From positions 1,385,080 through 1,417,079 of the forward strand of contig NC_016012.1 in NCBI RefSeq assembly GCF_000283555.1: a stretch of 32,000 bases of DNA, read 5' to 3'. This document shows, one piece after another, positions 9,579-21,414 of the stretch (within the stretch, counting starts at the first letter, position 1; each line of letters starts with the position of its first letter). This DNA is from Candidatus Arthromitus sp. SFB-rat-Yit. Lineage in GTDB: Bacteria; Bacillota; Clostridia; Clostridiales; Clostridiaceae. The notes under the pieces are model-generated. The model saw only the letters and a list, made by a program, of their open reading frames with translations, was not told the DNA's origin and ran no database searches. The position numbers and the translations under genes were made by a program.

Positions 9579-11634
9579 TATTCTTAATTATTTGTTCTTG
9601 AATATTTTTAGGAACCTCATCATAATGATCAAACTCCATACTGTAAGTACCTCTTCCTTGGGTTCTAGATCTTAAAACTGTAGCATATCCAAACATCTCA
9701 GACATAGGAACTTGAGCTTTTATTATTTGTGCTCCAAATCTTGCTTCCATTCCCTCTATTCTTCCTCTACGTGAATTTAAATCACCCATAACATCTCCCA
9801 TATACTCTTCAGGTACGGTTACTTCTACTTTCACTATAGGTTCTAACAATACAGGATCTGCTTTAGCCATACCATTTTTAAATGCCATAGAACCAGCAAA
9901 TTCAAATGCCATTTCAGAGGAATCAACATCATGATATGATCCATCATGTAATTTAACCTTAAAATTAATTGTTGGATATCCTCCTATAACTCCATTAAGT
10001 GCTGCATTTCTAATACCATTATCAACAGCTGGTATATATTCTTTTGGTATAACTCCACCAACTATCGCATTTTCAAACTCATAATCACCTATACATGGTA
10101 TAAGATCTATAACGCAATGTCCGTATTGACCTCTACCTCCTGACTGCCTTATATACTTTCCTTCACATGTAACTTGTTTTCTTATTGTTTCTTTATAAGC
10201 AACCTGAGGTTTACCTACATTGCACTCAACCTTAAACTCTCTTTGTAATCTATCTACAATAATTTCAAGATGTAATTCGCCCATTCCAGATATTATAGTT
10301 TGATTTGTTTCCTGATCAGTATATGTTTTAAATGTAGGATCTTCTTCTGCTAATTTAGCCAAAGATAACCCCATTTTTTCCTGACTAGCCTTAGTCTTAG
10401 GTTCTATAGCTACAGATATAACTGGTTCTGGAAATTCCATATTCTCAAGTATAATTTTGTTTGCATCATCACATAAAGTATCTCCAGTTGTCGTATCTTT
10501 TAATCCAACAATAGCTCCTAAATCTCCAGCTCTTAATTCATCTACTTCTTGCCTGTTATTAGCATGCATCTTTAGAAGCCTTCCAATTCTTTCTTTTTTC
10601 CCTTTTGTAGAATTATAAACGTAAGATCCACTTTTTAACACACCAGAATAAACCCTAGTATATGCAAGTCTTCCAATAAACGGATCAGTTTGTATTTTAA
10701 AAGCCAATGCTGACATAGGTGCATCATCACTTGCTTCTCTTGAATCCTCATTTCCTTCTAAATCAACACCTTTTACAGCATCAATATCAAGTGGTGACGG
10801 TAAATATTCAACAGCGGCATCTATCATTTCTTGAACACCTTTATTTTTATAAGAAGATCCACATATAACAGGTATCACTTGTATAGAAATAACAGCTCTT
10901 CTAAGGGCAGCTTTTAATTCATCAGAACTTATTTCTTCACCATCTAAGAACTTCATCATAAGTTCTTCATCTGTTTCAGCTATAGCTTCAATCATAAGTT
11001 CCCTATATTTATTAGCATCATCTTTATAATCTTCTGGTATATTTTCTCTTGAAATCTCAGTCCCCAAATCATTTTTATAAATTATTGCTACATTTTCAAT
11101 TAAATCAATCATTCCCTTAAACTCTGATTCACTACCTATAGGTATTTGTACAGGAACTGCGTTAGCTCTTAATCTATTTTTTATTGAATCTACACAATTA
11201 TAAAAATTGGCACCTGTAGCATCCATTTTATTAACATAAACTATTCTAGGCACTCTATATTTATCTGCTTGCCTCCAAACAGTTTCAGTTTGGGGTTCAA
11301 CACCACTTTTAGCATCAAGAACAGTTACGGCTCCATCTAAAACTCTCAACGATCTCTCTACCTCAACTGTAAAGTCAACGTGTCCAGGAGTATCTATTAT
11401 GTTAATTACATAATCTTTCCATTGACAAGTTGTAGCCGCTGAAGTTATCGTTATACCTCTTTCTTGTTCTTGAACCATCCAGTCCATTGTAGCCTGACCT
11501 TCATGCACTTCACCTATTTTATGTGTTTTACCTGTATAAAATAAAATTCTCTCTGTTGTAGTAGTTTTACCAGCATCTATATGAGCCATAATTCCTATAT
11601 TTCTAAATTTTTCTAAAACAAATTCTCTAGCCAT
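9574..11634 (-). CDS. fusA: Elongation factor G
   Basis: 686 aa, ...[24 protein letters not shown]...DTPGHVDF...NKMD. Position is between rpsG and tuf. Confidence 0.97.
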   Translation of the reverse strand: MAREFVLEKFRNIGIMAHIDAGKTTTTERILFYTGKTHKIGEVHEGQATMDWMVQEQERGITITSAATTCQWKDYVINIIDTPGHVDFTVEVERSLRVLDGAVTVLDAKSGVEPQTETVWRQADKYRVPRIVYVNKMDATGANFYNCVDSIKNRLRANAVPVQIPIGSESEFKGMIDLIENVAIIYKNDLGTEISRENIPEDYKDDANKYRELMIEAIAETDEELMMKFLDGEEISSDELKAALRRAVISIQVIPVICGSSYKNKGVQEMIDAAVEYLPSPLDIDAVKGVDLEGNEDSREASDDAPMSALAFKIQTDPFIGRLAYTRVYSGVLKSGSYVYNSTKGKKERIGRLLKMHANNRQEVDELRAGDLGAIVGLKDTTTGDTLCDDANKIILENMEFPEPVISVAIEPKTKASQEKMGLSLAKLAEEDPTFKTYTDQETNQTIISGMGELHLEIIVDRLQREFKVECNVGKPQVAYKETIRKQVTCEGKYIRQSGGRGQYGHCVIDLIPCIGDYEFENAIVGGVIPKEYIPAVDNGIRNAALNGVIGGYPTINFKVKLHDGSYHDVDSSEMAFEFAGSMAFKNGMAKADPVLLEPIVKVEVTVPEEYMGDVMGDLNSRRGRIEGMEARFGAQIIKAQVPMSEMFGYATVLRSRTQGRGTYSMEFDHYDEVPKNIQEQIIKNK

Positions 11635-11693
11635 AATCCGCCTCCTTCAATATGCGTTTTATATATTATCAAAAAGTATAGATAGTAACAAAA

Positions 11694-11720
11694 CTGTTTT
11701 GATCATTACAACCAAAACAG
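11694..11720 (-). terminator. Intercistronic hairpin plus U-tract between rpsG and fusA (possible attenuator or processing site)
   Basis: An 8-bp stem pairs ctgttttg (11694..11701) with caaaacag (11713..11720) around an 11-nt loop. The transcript continues UUUUGUUACU. It lies 15 nt after the rpsG stop. Confidence 0.3.
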
Positions 11721-11735
11721 CAAATAACAAACACT

Positions 11736-12239
<504 letters not shown>

Positions 12240-12286
12240 TCATCGGTACTCGACTAAATTGCCGTAAAGCCAAATTATATACATGA

Positions 12287-12670
12287 TTATTTAGCAGCCT
12301 TTTTTGCCTTCTTAGTTCCATATTTCGATCTTGCTTGCATTTTATCTTGAACTCCTGAAGAATCAAGAGCACCTCTTATTATATGATATCTAACACCTGG
12401 TAGGTCTTTTACCCTTCCACCTCTTATTAATACAACACTGTGTTCTTGTAAATTATGTCCTTCTCCAGGTATGTACGCAGTAACCTCATAACCATTACTC
12501 AACCTAACCCTAGCAACTTTTCTTAAAGCTGAATTAGGTTTTTTAGGAGTCATAGTTTTAACTAATGTACAAACTCCTCTAACCTGCGGGCATCCTTTCA
12601 TCGCTGGAGCTGTTGATTTATAGGCTACTTTCTTTCTACCATTTCTAATCAACTGATTAATAGTTGGCAA
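12287..12670 (-). CDS. rpsL: 30S ribosomal protein S12 (uS12)
   Basis: (M)[13 protein letters not shown]...[17 protein letters not shown]. The best start is the TTG at 12670..12668, 6 nt after AAAGGGGTG. The ORF-track GTG at 12679 lies inside the SD. Confidence 0.93.
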   Translation of the reverse strand: MPTINQLIRNGRKKVAYKSTAPAMKGCPQVRGVCTLVKTMTPKKPNSALRKVARVRLSNGYEVTAYIPGEGHNLQEHSVVLIRGGRVKDLPGVRYHIIRGALDSSGVQDKMQARSKYGTKKAKKAAK

Positions 12671-12755
12671 TATTATCACCCCTTTTTATTATTAACTAAA
12701 CTTGAACAAAATAAATAAAACCTTTTACCAAATGAATTAATTGTATAACCTAGAT

Positions 12756-12784
12756 ATTTTAACACCTAAGATATATTAAGTCAA
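12756..12784 (-). promoter_or_regulatory. Candidate sigma-A promoter of the str operon (TTGACT - 17 nt - TAAAAT, with TGn extended -10)
   Basis: The reverse strand reads TTGACT (12784..12779), the 17-nt spacer taatatatcttaggtgt, then TAAAAT (12761..12756). It lies 15 nt after the rpoC stop and about 85 nt upstream of rpsL. Confidence 0.5.
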
Positions 12785-12798
12785 TATATTAGAAAATA

Positions 12799-15700
12799 TC
12801 AAGTCATATCATATTCGATATTTTCCTCATCTCCATAATTTACTTTCATAGATCTATAATGATTCATACCCGTACCTGCTGGTATTAACTTTCCTATTAT
12901 TACATTTTCTTTCAGACCTACTAAAGGATCTATTTTGCCTTTTATTGCTGCGTCAGTTAATACTTTTGTAGTTTCTTGAAATGATGCTGCTGACAAGAAA
13001 GACTCAGTAGATAGAGAAGCTTTTGTTATTCCCAATAAAACTCTCTCACATTCTGCTTCATTAAGCCCTTCTTTTTTAACTCTCATATTTTCATCATTAA
13101 AATATGATATGTCTACAATAGAATTTGGGAGTATATCTGTATCTCCAGCTTCTATAACTCTAACTTTTCTAGTCATCTGCTTTATTATTACTTCAAGATG
13201 TTTGTCATTTATATCAACACCTTGTAATCTATAAACCTTTTGTACCTCAGATAATAAATACTCTCTAACAGCATCTATACCCTTTATTCTTAGTATATCC
13301 TGAGGATTTATAGATCCCTCAGTAATTATAGAACCCGCTTCTATACTCATACCATTGTCAACCTTTACTCTGGATCCAAAGGGTATATCATATTCTATAA
13401 CCTCACCATCATTTGATATAATTTTAACAACTCTCTTCTTCTTAGTATTTTCAAATTCTACAATACCCGATATCTCTGAAACTATTGCAAGTCCTTTAGG
13501 CTTCCTAGCCTCAAACAATTCTTCAACTCTTGGTAACCCCTGTGTTATATCAGCACCAACAACTCCACCCGTATGAAAAGTTCTCATTGTGAGCTGTGTT
13601 CCAGGTTCTCCAATAGATTGTGCGGCGATTATACCAACTGATTCTCCTATATTAATTTCTCTAGCTGTAGCCATATTCATGCCATAACATTTAGCACAAA
13701 CACCAATTCTAGAATCACAAGTGAATACACTTCTTATTTTAACTCTCAATATCTTTTCAGTTTCATCTCTATTATCATCTTCATTAATATCAGATATAAT
13801 TTTAGCTATATCATTTGTTATGTATTGATCCCTTTTTATTAATATATTATTAGTTTTAGGGTCAAGTATATCTTCAGCTACATATCTCCCTATAAGCCTT
13901 TCGCTTAAACTCTCAACAACGGAATTATCATCCTTAATTTCGCTCACATAAATACCATCTAAAGTTCCACAATCTTCACTTCTTATTATAACATCTTGAC
14001 TAACATCAACTAGACGTCTTGTTAAATATCCAGAGTCAGCTGTTTTTAAGGCTGTATCTGCATTTCCCTTCCTAGCTCCATGTGTTGACGTAAAATATTC
14101 TAATACATCGAGCCCCTCTCTAAAAGAAGCCTTTATTGGAAGCTCTATTATCTTACCTGATGGATTGCTCATAAGTCCTCTCATACCAGCAAGTTGTTTT
14201 ATTTGACTTTTAGAACCTCTAGCCCCAGAATCAGCCATCATAGATATAGGATTAAATTTATCCATACTATTCATAAGAACATCTGCTATTTTATCAGTTG
14301 TGCTATTCCAAATTTCTATAACTGAATTATATCTTTCATCCTCTGTCATAAGTCCACGTCTAAATTTCTTACTTACTATATCAACTTTTTCTTCTGATTC
14401 TTTAATTATACTTTCCTTTTCCTTTGGAACTATCATATCAGATGCAGCAACCGTTATTGCCCCTATAGTTGAATAATGATATCCCTTTGTTTTAATTTGA
14501 TCAAGCATAGATGCTGTTTCAGATGGTCCATATTTTAAATAACATCTATCAACTATCTCTGTTAGTTTACTTTTATTAACAAGAAAGTCTATCTCAAATT
14601 TAAACAAATTCTCTTCTTTATCTCTATCAACAAATCCAAGATCCTGAGGTATTGATTCATTAAATATGATTTTGCCAACAGTTGTTTCTATTAGCTTAGT
14701 CTTTGTTTCTCCATCTATATTTTTTTTAACTTTAAGCTTTATCTTTTCATGTATATTTAAATATCCTAATTCAAAAGCCATTATAGCCTCCTCCGAATTA
14801 GAATAAGATTTTATATTTTCTTGATCAAATTTCGGATTATCCATTGTCAAATAATACGATCCTAAAATCATATCTTGAGATGGAACACACACTGGTTTAC
14901 CATCAGAAGGCTTTAATATATTAACAGCAGCTAACATTAAAAACCTAGCCTCTGCTTGTGCTTCCATGGATAATGGAACGTGCACAGCCATTTGATCTCC
15001 GTCAAAATCAGCATTATAAGCTGTGCAAACAAGCGGATGCAATTTTATAGCTCTTCCTTCAACTAAAACTGGTTGAAAAGCTTGAATTCCTAATCTATGT
15101 AATGTTGGAGCCCTATTTAATAAAACTGGATGATCTGTTATAACTTCCTCTAAAATATCCCAAACTTGATTCATATTTTTTTCAACCATTCTTTTTGCTG
15201 CTTTAATATTATGAGCGATTCCTGAATCTACTAATTTTTTCATTACAAATGGTTTGAAAAGTTCTAATGCCATTTCCTTAGGTAATCCACATTGATAAAG
15301 TTTTAATTCTGGTCCAACAACTATTACAGATCTTCCAGAATAGTCAACGCGTTTACCTAAAAGATTTTGTCTAAATCTACCTTGCTTCCCTTTAAGCATA
15401 TCTGATAAAGATTTGAGCGGTCTATTACCTGGTCCAGTTACAGGTCTACCCCTTCTACCATTATCTATTAGAGCATCAACAGATTCTTGAAGCATCCTTT
15501 TTTCATTTCTGACTATTATATCAGGTGCTTTTAAATCCAACAATTTTTTTAATCTATTATTTCTATTTATAACCCTTCTATATAAATCATTTAAATCAGA
15601 TGTAGCAAATCTTCCTCCATCTAACATGACCATCGGTCTAAGTTCAGGTGGTATAACTGGTATAACGTCTATTATCATCCATTCTGGTCTATTATTAGAT

Positions 15701-16362
15701 TTTCTAAAAGACTCAACAACTTCAAGTCTTCTAATTATTCTTGCCCTTTTTTGTCCAGTACTATTTTTCAACTCTTCTTTAAGTTTAGTTGATAAACTAT
15801 CTAAATCCAAATCCATAAGAAGCTGTTTTATAGCCTCAGCCCCCATACCAACTTCAAATGAACCTTCTCCAAATTTTTCACTATACTCTCTAAAATCTTT
15901 TTCTGATAATATTTGTCCTTTTTGCAATACACTTACTTCCTTCGGATCCAATATAACGTATGAAGCAAAATAAAGTATTTTTTCCAAAACTCTCGCTTGC
16001 ATTTCAAGCAATAATGCCATCTTTGAAGGAGTACCTTTAAAATACCATATATGAGATACAGATGTTGCTAATTCAATATGCCCCATTCTTTCACGTCTAA
16101 CTTTTGACTTAGTAACCTCAACACCACATCTATCACAAACAATACCTTTATATCTAACTCTTTTATACTTTCCGCAATGACACTCCCAGTCTTTTGTAGG
16201 TCCAAATATTCTTTCACAAAAAAGACCATCTCTTTCTGGTTTTAAAGTTCTATAATTTATGGTCTCAGGCTTCTTCACCTCTCCCCTAGACCATTCTCTA
16301 ATTTGTTCAGGAGATGCTAAACCTATTCTTATGGCATCAAAATTATTTAATTCAACCACCAA
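12799..16362 (-). CDS. rpoC: DNA-directed RNA polymerase subunit beta'
   Basis: ...[22 protein letters not shown]...CHCGKYK...CDRCGVEV...NADFDGDQM. The start is either the TTG at 16362 (8 nt after AAGGAG) or the GTG at 16359. The ORF-track GTG at 16371 overlaps the SD. Confidence 0.95.
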   Translation of the reverse strand: MVVELNNFDAIRIGLASPEQIREWSRGEVKKPETINYRTLKPERDGLFCERIFGPTKDWECHCGKYKRVRYKGIVCDRCGVEVTKSKVRRERMGHIELATSVSHIWYFKGTPSKMALLLEMQARVLEKILYFASYVILDPKEVSVLQKGQILSEKDFREYSEKFGEGSFEVGMGAEAIKQLLMDLDLDSLSTKLKEELKNSTGQKRARIIRRLEVVESFRKSNNRPEWMIIDVIPVIPPELRPMVMLDGGRFATSDLNDLYRRVINRNNRLKKLLDLKAPDIIVRNEKRMLQESVDALIDNGRRGRPVTGPGNRPLKSLSDMLKGKQGRFRQNLLGKRVDYSGRSVIVVGPELKLYQCGLPKEMALELFKPFVMKKLVDSGIAHNIKAAKRMVEKNMNQVWDILEEVITDHPVLLNRAPTLHRLGIQAFQPVLVEGRAIKLHPLVCTAYNADFDGDQMAVHVPLSMEAQAEARFLMLAAVNILKPSDGKPVCVPSQDMILGSYYLTMDNPKFDQENIKSYSNSEEAIMAFELGYLNIHEKIKLKVKKNIDGETKTKLIETTVGKIIFNESIPQDLGFVDRDKEENLFKFEIDFLVNKSKLTEIVDRCYLKYGPSETASMLDQIKTKGYHYSTIGAITVAASDMIVPKEKESIIKESEEKVDIVSKKFRRGLMTEDERYNSVIEIWNSTTDKIADVLMNSMDKFNPISMMADSGARGSKSQIKQLAGMRGLMSNPSGKIIELPIKASFREGLDVLEYFTSTHGARKGNADTALKTADSGYLTRRLVDVSQDVIIRSEDCGTLDGIYVSEIKDDNSVVESLSERLIGRYVAEDILDPKTNNILIKRDQYITNDIAKIISDINEDDNRDETEKILRVKIRSVFTCDSRIGVCAKCYGMNMATAREINIGESVGIIAAQSIGEPGTQLTMRTFHTGGVVGADITQGLPRVEELFEARKPKGLAIVSEISGIVEFENTKKKRVVKIISNDGEVIEYDIPFGSRVKVDNGMSIEAGSIITEGSINPQDILRIKGIDAVREYLLSEVQKVYRLQGVDINDKHLEVIIKQMTRKVRVIEAGDTDILPNSIVDISYFNDENMRVKKEGLNEAECERVLLGITKASLSTESFLSAASFQETTKVLTDAAIKGKIDPLVGLKENVIIGKLIPAGTGMNHYRSMKVNYGDEENIEYDMT

Positions 16363-16379
16363 TAAATACACTCCTTATC

Positions 16380-19300
16380 TTAATAATCATCATCAGAAAT
16401 AAATTCCTCAGCATTCATAATGTCTTCTGTTAACAATACATCATCAAGTTCATCTTCATCATCTTCTTCCTGATAATCAGAAATTTCTGATTCAGGCAAT
16501 TCTCTAGTTTCCTCATATTTTATAGAATCTTCAAAAGATACATCTATATCGCTCATTTCATCTTCTAAAGTTTCTTTAATCTCTATCTCTTCATAATTTT
16601 CATTTAAAACTTTTATATTTAAACATAATGCCTGTAATTCTTTTATTAAAACTTTAAATGACTCCGGAACTCCAGGCTCAGGTATATTTTCACCTTTCAC
16701 AATTGCTTCATACGTCTTAACTCTACCAACAATATCATCAGATTTTACGGTCAATATTTCTTGCAACATATGAGCTGCTCCATAAGCTTCTAATGCCCAA
16801 ACTTCCATTTCTCCAAATCTTTGTCCTCCAAATTGTGCTTTACCTCCAAGAGGTTGTTGAGTTACTAAAGAATACGGTCCTGTTGATCTTGCATGTATCT
16901 TATCATCAACCAAATGGGCAAGTTTTAATATATACATATATCCCACTGTAACTCTATTATCAAACGCTTCACCAGTTCTTCCATCATATAGCGTTAATTT
17001 GCCATCTTTATTAAACCCGGCATCTTCTAAACATTGTTCAATTTCTTCCTTTGTAGCCCCATTAAATACAGGTGTCGCAACATGCCATCCCTGAGCACTA
17101 GCAGCAAGACCCAAATGAACCTCCAAAACCTGACCTATATTCATACGACTAGGAACTCCAAGAGGATTCAAACAAATTTGAAGAGGTGTCCCATCAGGTA
17201 AAAACGGCATATCTTCTTCAGGTAAAACTCTAGAAATAACCCCTTTATTTCCATGACGACCAGCCATTTTATCTCCAACTGATATTTTTCTTTTTTGCGC
17301 TATATAACATCTAACTAACTGATTAACCCCAGGAGATAATTCATCGCCGTTTTCACGGGTAAATATTTTAACATCAACTATTATTCCTTGCTCACCATGT
17401 GGAACTTTTAAAGAAGTATCTCTAACTTCTCTTGCCTTTTCACCAAAAATAGCTCTTAAAAGTCTTTCTTCAGCAGTAAGCTCAGTTTCACCCTTGGGTG
17501 TAACTTTACCTACAAGTATATCTCCCGTTCTAACTTCAGATCCTATTTTTATTATACCGTTTGAATCTAAATCTTTTATAGCATCCTCACCAACATTAGG
17601 TATATCTCGAGTTATTTCCTCTGGTCCTAATTTTGTATCACGAGAATCACATTCATATTCTTCTATATGTATAGATGTAAACACATCATCTCTAACAAGT
17701 TGTTCAGATATAAGCATTGCATCTTCATAATTATATCCTTCCCAAGTTATAAAACCTATTTTTATATTTTTACCTAAAGCAATTTCTCCAAAATCAGTAG
17801 ATGGTCCATCCGCTAAAACACACCCAGCCTCTACAAAATCACCTTTACTCACAATAGGTTTTTGATTAATACATGTGCCTTGATTGGATCTCTTAAATTT
17901 TAAAAGTTTGTATATATCTACTCCACTATCGAATTCCCTCTTTACTTTTATCTCTTGAGAACTTACATAACTAACTGTTCCTGAATTCTTAGCTTTAACT
18001 AAAACACCTGAATCTATAGCAGCCTTATATTCTATACCAGTTCCAACTATTGGTGCACTCGCCTTAAGTAATGGTACGGCTTGACGTTGCATGTTGGATC
18101 CCATAAGTGCTCTAGTAGCATCATCATTTTCTAAAAATGGAATCATAGAAGTAGCAACAGATACAATTTGCCTAGGAGATATATCTAAATAATCTACCTT
18201 ATCTGACGATACTAATAACATACCTTCTTTACTTCTAACAACAATTCTGGAATTTATAAATTCTCCATCATCAGAAATAAGTTCATTAGATTGAGCTATT
18301 AAATATTGATCTTCTTCATCAGCTGTCATATATATAATCTCGTTTGTAACTTTACCAGTTTCTTTATTAACTTTTCTATACGGCGTCTCTATAAATCCAT
18401 AATTATTAACTTTAGCATAAGTTGCAAGAGAATTTATAAGTCCTATATTAGGTCCTTCAGGAGTTTCTATGGGACACATCCTTCCATAATGCGAATTGTG
18501 AACATCCCTAACTTCAAATCCAGCCCTATCTCTAGATAACCCACCAGGTCCTAAAGCAGACAATCTTCTCTTATTAGTAAGCTCTGATAATGGATTTGTT
18601 TGATCCATAAATTGAGAAAGTTGTGAACTTCCAAAAAATTCTTTAACAGCAGCTGCAACAGGTCTAATATTAATAAGATTTTGAGGTGTTATCATTTCAG
18701 GTTCAATAGACATCATTCTTTCTTTTATATTTCTTTCCATTCTAACCAAACCAACCCTAAATTGGTTTTGTAAAAGCTCACCTACAGATCTTAATCTTCT
18801 ATTCCCTAAATGATCTATATCATCTTCATATCCAACACCGCTAGTAAGTCCAAGTATATAACTTATGGTTGAAAAAATATCATCTATCGTTATATACTTA
18901 GGTATTAGATCATGTATATTCCTAATTAATTCTTTTTTAATTTCATCGGTTGATGAACAATTATCTAAAATAGACTTAAGAACAGGATAATAAACATAAT
19001 CAGCAATACCAATCTCATTCGAATCAAAATCTATAAACTCATTTATGTTAACCCAATTATTCCCAACAACCTTAACATTTTTATTATCTATCAATAAATC
19101 CACGGAGTTTATACCAGAATCTTGAATCTTGTAACTAATTTCTCTAGTTATTTTCTCACCTTTTTCAATTAATATTTCTCCAGTTATAGGATCTAAAATA
19201 TCATTAAAAGAGATATGATTAACAATTCTATTGCTTAGAGATAACTTTTTATTAAACTTATATCTACCAACTTTTGATAAATCATATTTTTTAGGATCAA

Positions 19301-20078
19301 AAAAGTATTGATCTATCAAATTTTTTGCACTCTCAGCTGTAGCTGGTTCCGAAGGTTTTAACTTATCATATATTTTTATAAGAGCCTGTTCTTGATTCTC
19401 TGAATCATCTTTATTTAATGTATTTTGTAAACGCTCATCATTCCCAAAATAAGCTATAATTTCCTCAGATGATGAAATCCCTAAAGCCTTTATAAACCAT
19501 GTTATGTACAACTTTTTTTGCTTATCGATTCTAACATATAATACTTCGTTAGAGTCTGTTTCATATTCAATCCAAGCTCCTCGATTAGGTATAACGCTAG
19601 ATGAAAATAATTTTTTGCCGTTTTTATCGACTTCATAATTATAATAAACCCCAGGAGATCTAACTAATTGACTTACTATTACACGTTCAGCACCATTTAT
19701 AATAAATGTTCCCTGAGGTGTCATTCTAGGTAAATCTCCCATAAATACCTCTTGCTCTTTAAGTTCTCCGGTATCTAAATTTTGCAATCTAACCTTAACT
19801 TTTAATGGAGCAGCATATATAGCATCTCTTTCCTTACATTCTTCCATATTGTATTTAGTAGCAGAAACATCTAACCTAAAATCAATAAATTCCAACACAT
19901 GTTTACCATTAAAACTTTTTATAGGATTTATATCTCTAAATACTTCTAACAATCCTTCTTTTAAAAACCAATCATAAGAATTTAACTGCACTTCTATAAG
20001 ATTCGGCATATCAATTATATCCTTAACTTTACCGAAACTCATTCTTGTTCTTTTACCTACCTTAAGAGGATATATCAT
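16380..20078 (-). CDS. rpoB: DNA-directed RNA polymerase subunit beta, with a strongly acidic C-terminal tail
   Basis: [18 protein letters not shown]... and rifampicin-region-type motifs (...[33 protein letters not shown]). The ATG at 20078 is 8 nt after AAGGAG. 1,232 aa. Confidence 0.96.
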   Translation of the reverse strand: MIYPLKVGKRTRMSFGKVKDIIDMPNLIEVQLNSYDWFLKEGLLEVFRDINPIKSFNGKHVLEFIDFRLDVSATKYNMEECKERDAIYAAPLKVKVRLQNLDTGELKEQEVFMGDLPRMTPQGTFIINGAERVIVSQLVRSPGVYYNYEVDKNGKKLFSSSVIPNRGAWIEYETDSNEVLYVRIDKQKKLYITWFIKALGISSSEEIIAYFGNDERLQNTLNKDDSENQEQALIKIYDKLKPSEPATAESAKNLIDQYFFDPKKYDLSKVGRYKFNKKLSLSNRIVNHISFNDILDPITGEILIEKGEKITREISYKIQDSGINSVDLLIDNKNVKVVGNNWVNINEFIDFDSNEIGIADYVYYPVLKSILDNCSSTDEIKKELIRNIHDLIPKYITIDDIFSTISYILGLTSGVGYEDDIDHLGNRRLRSVGELLQNQFRVGLVRMERNIKERMMSIEPEMITPQNLINIRPVAAAVKEFFGSSQLSQFMDQTNPLSELTNKRRLSALGPGGLSRDRAGFEVRDVHNSHYGRMCPIETPEGPNIGLINSLATYAKVNNYGFIETPYRKVNKETGKVTNEIIYMTADEEDQYLIAQSNELISDDGEFINSRIVVRSKEGMLLVSSDKVDYLDISPRQIVSVATSMIPFLENDDATRALMGSNMQRQAVPLLKASAPIVGTGIEYKAAIDSGVLVKAKNSGTVSYVSSQEIKVKREFDSGVDIYKLLKFKRSNQGTCINQKPIVSKGDFVEAGCVLADGPSTDFGEIALGKNIKIGFITWEGYNYEDAMLISEQLVRDDVFTSIHIEEYECDSRDTKLGPEEITRDIPNVGEDAIKDLDSNGIIKIGSEVRTGDILVGKVTPKGETELTAEERLLRAIFGEKAREVRDTSLKVPHGEQGIIVDVKIFTRENGDELSPGVNQLVRCYIAQKRKISVGDKMAGRHGNKGVISRVLPEEDMPFLPDGTPLQICLNPLGVPSRMNIGQVLEVHLGLAASAQGWHVATPVFNGATKEEIEQCLEDAGFNKDGKLTLYDGRTGEAFDNRVTVGYMYILKLAHLVDDKIHARSTGPYSLVTQQPLGGKAQFGGQRFGEMEVWALEAYGAAHMLQEILTVKSDDIVGRVKTYEAIVKGENIPEPGVPESFKVLIKELQALCLNIKVLNENYEEIEIKETLEDEMSDIDVSFEDSIKYEETRELPESEISDYQEEDDEDELDDVLLTEDIMNAEEFISDDDY

Positions 20079-20274
20079 GAATTTCACTCCTTATTTTCAA
20101 GTAAAACCACGTAAATTTATTTTAAATTACAAACACTCACACTTAACAAATTTCTATAAATAAGTTATAGAAAAATAATAAAATATCCTTTTAAATATTC
20201 TTACTAATTTTAAATATAAATTTACACATAAAATAATAATACATATAAAATTAGACATTTATATACATTCTAAG

Positions 20275-20303
20275 ATAGTACCACATATATTTAACTTAGT
20301 CAA
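20275..20303 (-). promoter_or_regulatory. Candidate sigma-A promoter for rpoBC (TTGACT - 17 nt - TACTAT, TGn extended -10)
   Basis: The reverse strand reads TTGACT (20303..20298), the 17-nt spacer ending ...atgTGg, then TACTAT (20280..20275). It starts 7 nt after the rplL palindrome and implies an AT-rich leader of about 190 nt. Confidence 0.4.
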
Positions 20304-20309
20304 CTAAAC

Positions 20310-20381
20310 AAAATAATAACATATTAAAGATAAGGGAAGGCATTTAAATGCCTTCCCTTATCTTTAATATGTTATTATTTT
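20310..20381 (-). terminator. 72-nt perfect palindrome; intrinsic (formally bidirectional) terminator at the rplL 3' end
   Basis: The left arm 20310..20345 (aaaataataacatattaaagataagggaaggcattt) is the exact reverse complement of 20346..20381. The core is G/C-containing (GGGAAGGC) and the arms are A- and U-rich. It overlaps the rplL stop codon (20375..20377). Confidence 0.75.
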
Positions 20382-20734
20382 AATTCAATTGTAGCTCCAA
20401 CCTCTTCTAGTTGAGCTTTAATTTTTTCAGCTTCATCCTTAGAAACAGCTTCTTTTAATGTTTTTGGTGCTCCATCAACTATTTCCTTTGCTTCTTTAAG
20501 ACCAAGCCCACATACTTCTTTTACAACTTTTACAACTTTTAATTTTTCTGATCCTGCATTAGTTAATATTACATCAAATTCAGTTTTTTCTTCGGCAGAA
20601 GTTCCCGCAACAGCTCCTACTACTACAGGTGCAGACGCACTAACTCCAAATTCTTCCTCACACATCTTAACCAAATCATTTAATTCTAATACAGTCATGT
20701 TTTTAATCGCTTCAATTATCTGTTCTTTATTCAT
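20375..20734 (-). CDS. rplL: 50S ribosomal protein L7/L12 (bL12)
   Basis: 119 aa, with an Ala/Val-rich hinge ([24 protein letters not shown]) and the C-terminal ...[18 protein letters not shown].... Confidence 0.97.
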   Translation of the reverse strand: MNKEQIIEAIKNMTVLELNDLVKMCEEEFGVSASAPVVVGAVAGTSAEEKTEFDVILTNAGSEKLKVVKVVKEVCGLGLKEAKEIVDGAPKTLKEAVSKDEAEKIKAQLEEVGATIELK

Positions 20735-20758
20735 AAATATTATTCCTCCTAAAATAAA

Positions 20759-21256
20759 TTAATTTTCACTTTCTTTTTTATCTTTTATTGCACTAATTAA
20801 ATATGCAAAATCTGCAATTGGAGATTTTATGCTACTAAGTAATTTTGATATAAGCACTTCTTTAGTTGGTATATTAGCAAGTTTTTGAAGTTTATCTTTA
20901 TCATAATACTCTCCTTCAATTATACCTGCTTTCAAATGAAAACTATTCAACCTTTCAGAAAATTCATTTAAGATTTTAGCTGGTGATACTATATCTTTAT
21001 AACTAAAAGCTATAGATGTAGCTCCTTCCAAGTGCTCTATTAAAAAATCATATCCTAATTCTTTAGCTACAATCTTAATTAATCTATTTTTATAAACCTT
21101 ATACTCAAGACCTAAATCTCTCATTCTTTTTCTCAATTCAGTATCTTGTTCTACATTTATTCCTTGGTAATTTGATAAAATTATAGCAGTCGCATCTTGA
21201 AATTTTTCTTTTATTTCAGTTACTTTTTTAACCTTATTTAACATGTTCTTTGTCAA
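20759..21256 (-). CDS. rplJ: 50S ribosomal protein L10 (uL10)
   Basis: 165 aa, ...YQGINVEQDTELRKRMRD..LEYKVYKN. The TTG start at 21256..21254 is 8 nt after GGGGGGTG. The N-terminal length matches typical L10. The alternative ATG four codons downstream is less likely. Confidence 0.92.
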   Translation of the reverse strand: MTKNMLNKVKKVTEIKEKFQDATAIILSNYQGINVEQDTELRKRMRDLGLEYKVYKNRLIKIVAKELGYDFLIEHLEGATSIAFSYKDIVSPAKILNEFSERLNSFHLKAGIIEGEYYDKDKLQKLANIPTKEVLISKLLSSIKSPIADFAYLISAIKDKKESEN

Positions 21257-21414
21257 ATTAATCGCACCCCCCTATATAAAAATAAAGCTCCTCTGAATCA
21301 TTTAAGAGAAACCTTTTTAATTAAATTTATATCATATTATAATTAAATAAGAAATTCTCCTAAATAGGCGTACAAAGTATTATCTAATTTAAAATTAGAC
21401 CTATTATCTATGGA
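21257..21414 (-). promoter_or_regulatory. rplJ upstream leader, 158 nt (candidate L10 autoregulatory leader and rplJL promoter)
   Basis: This is a long non-coding gap in an otherwise tightly packed cluster. It contains a perfect TATAAT (21341..21336, reverse strand) with a poor -35 (TTTAGG), plus small hairpins (for example 21383..21399). L10-leader RNAs are known upstream of rplJ in Firmicutes. I could not verify the fold by eye. Confidence 0.3.
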
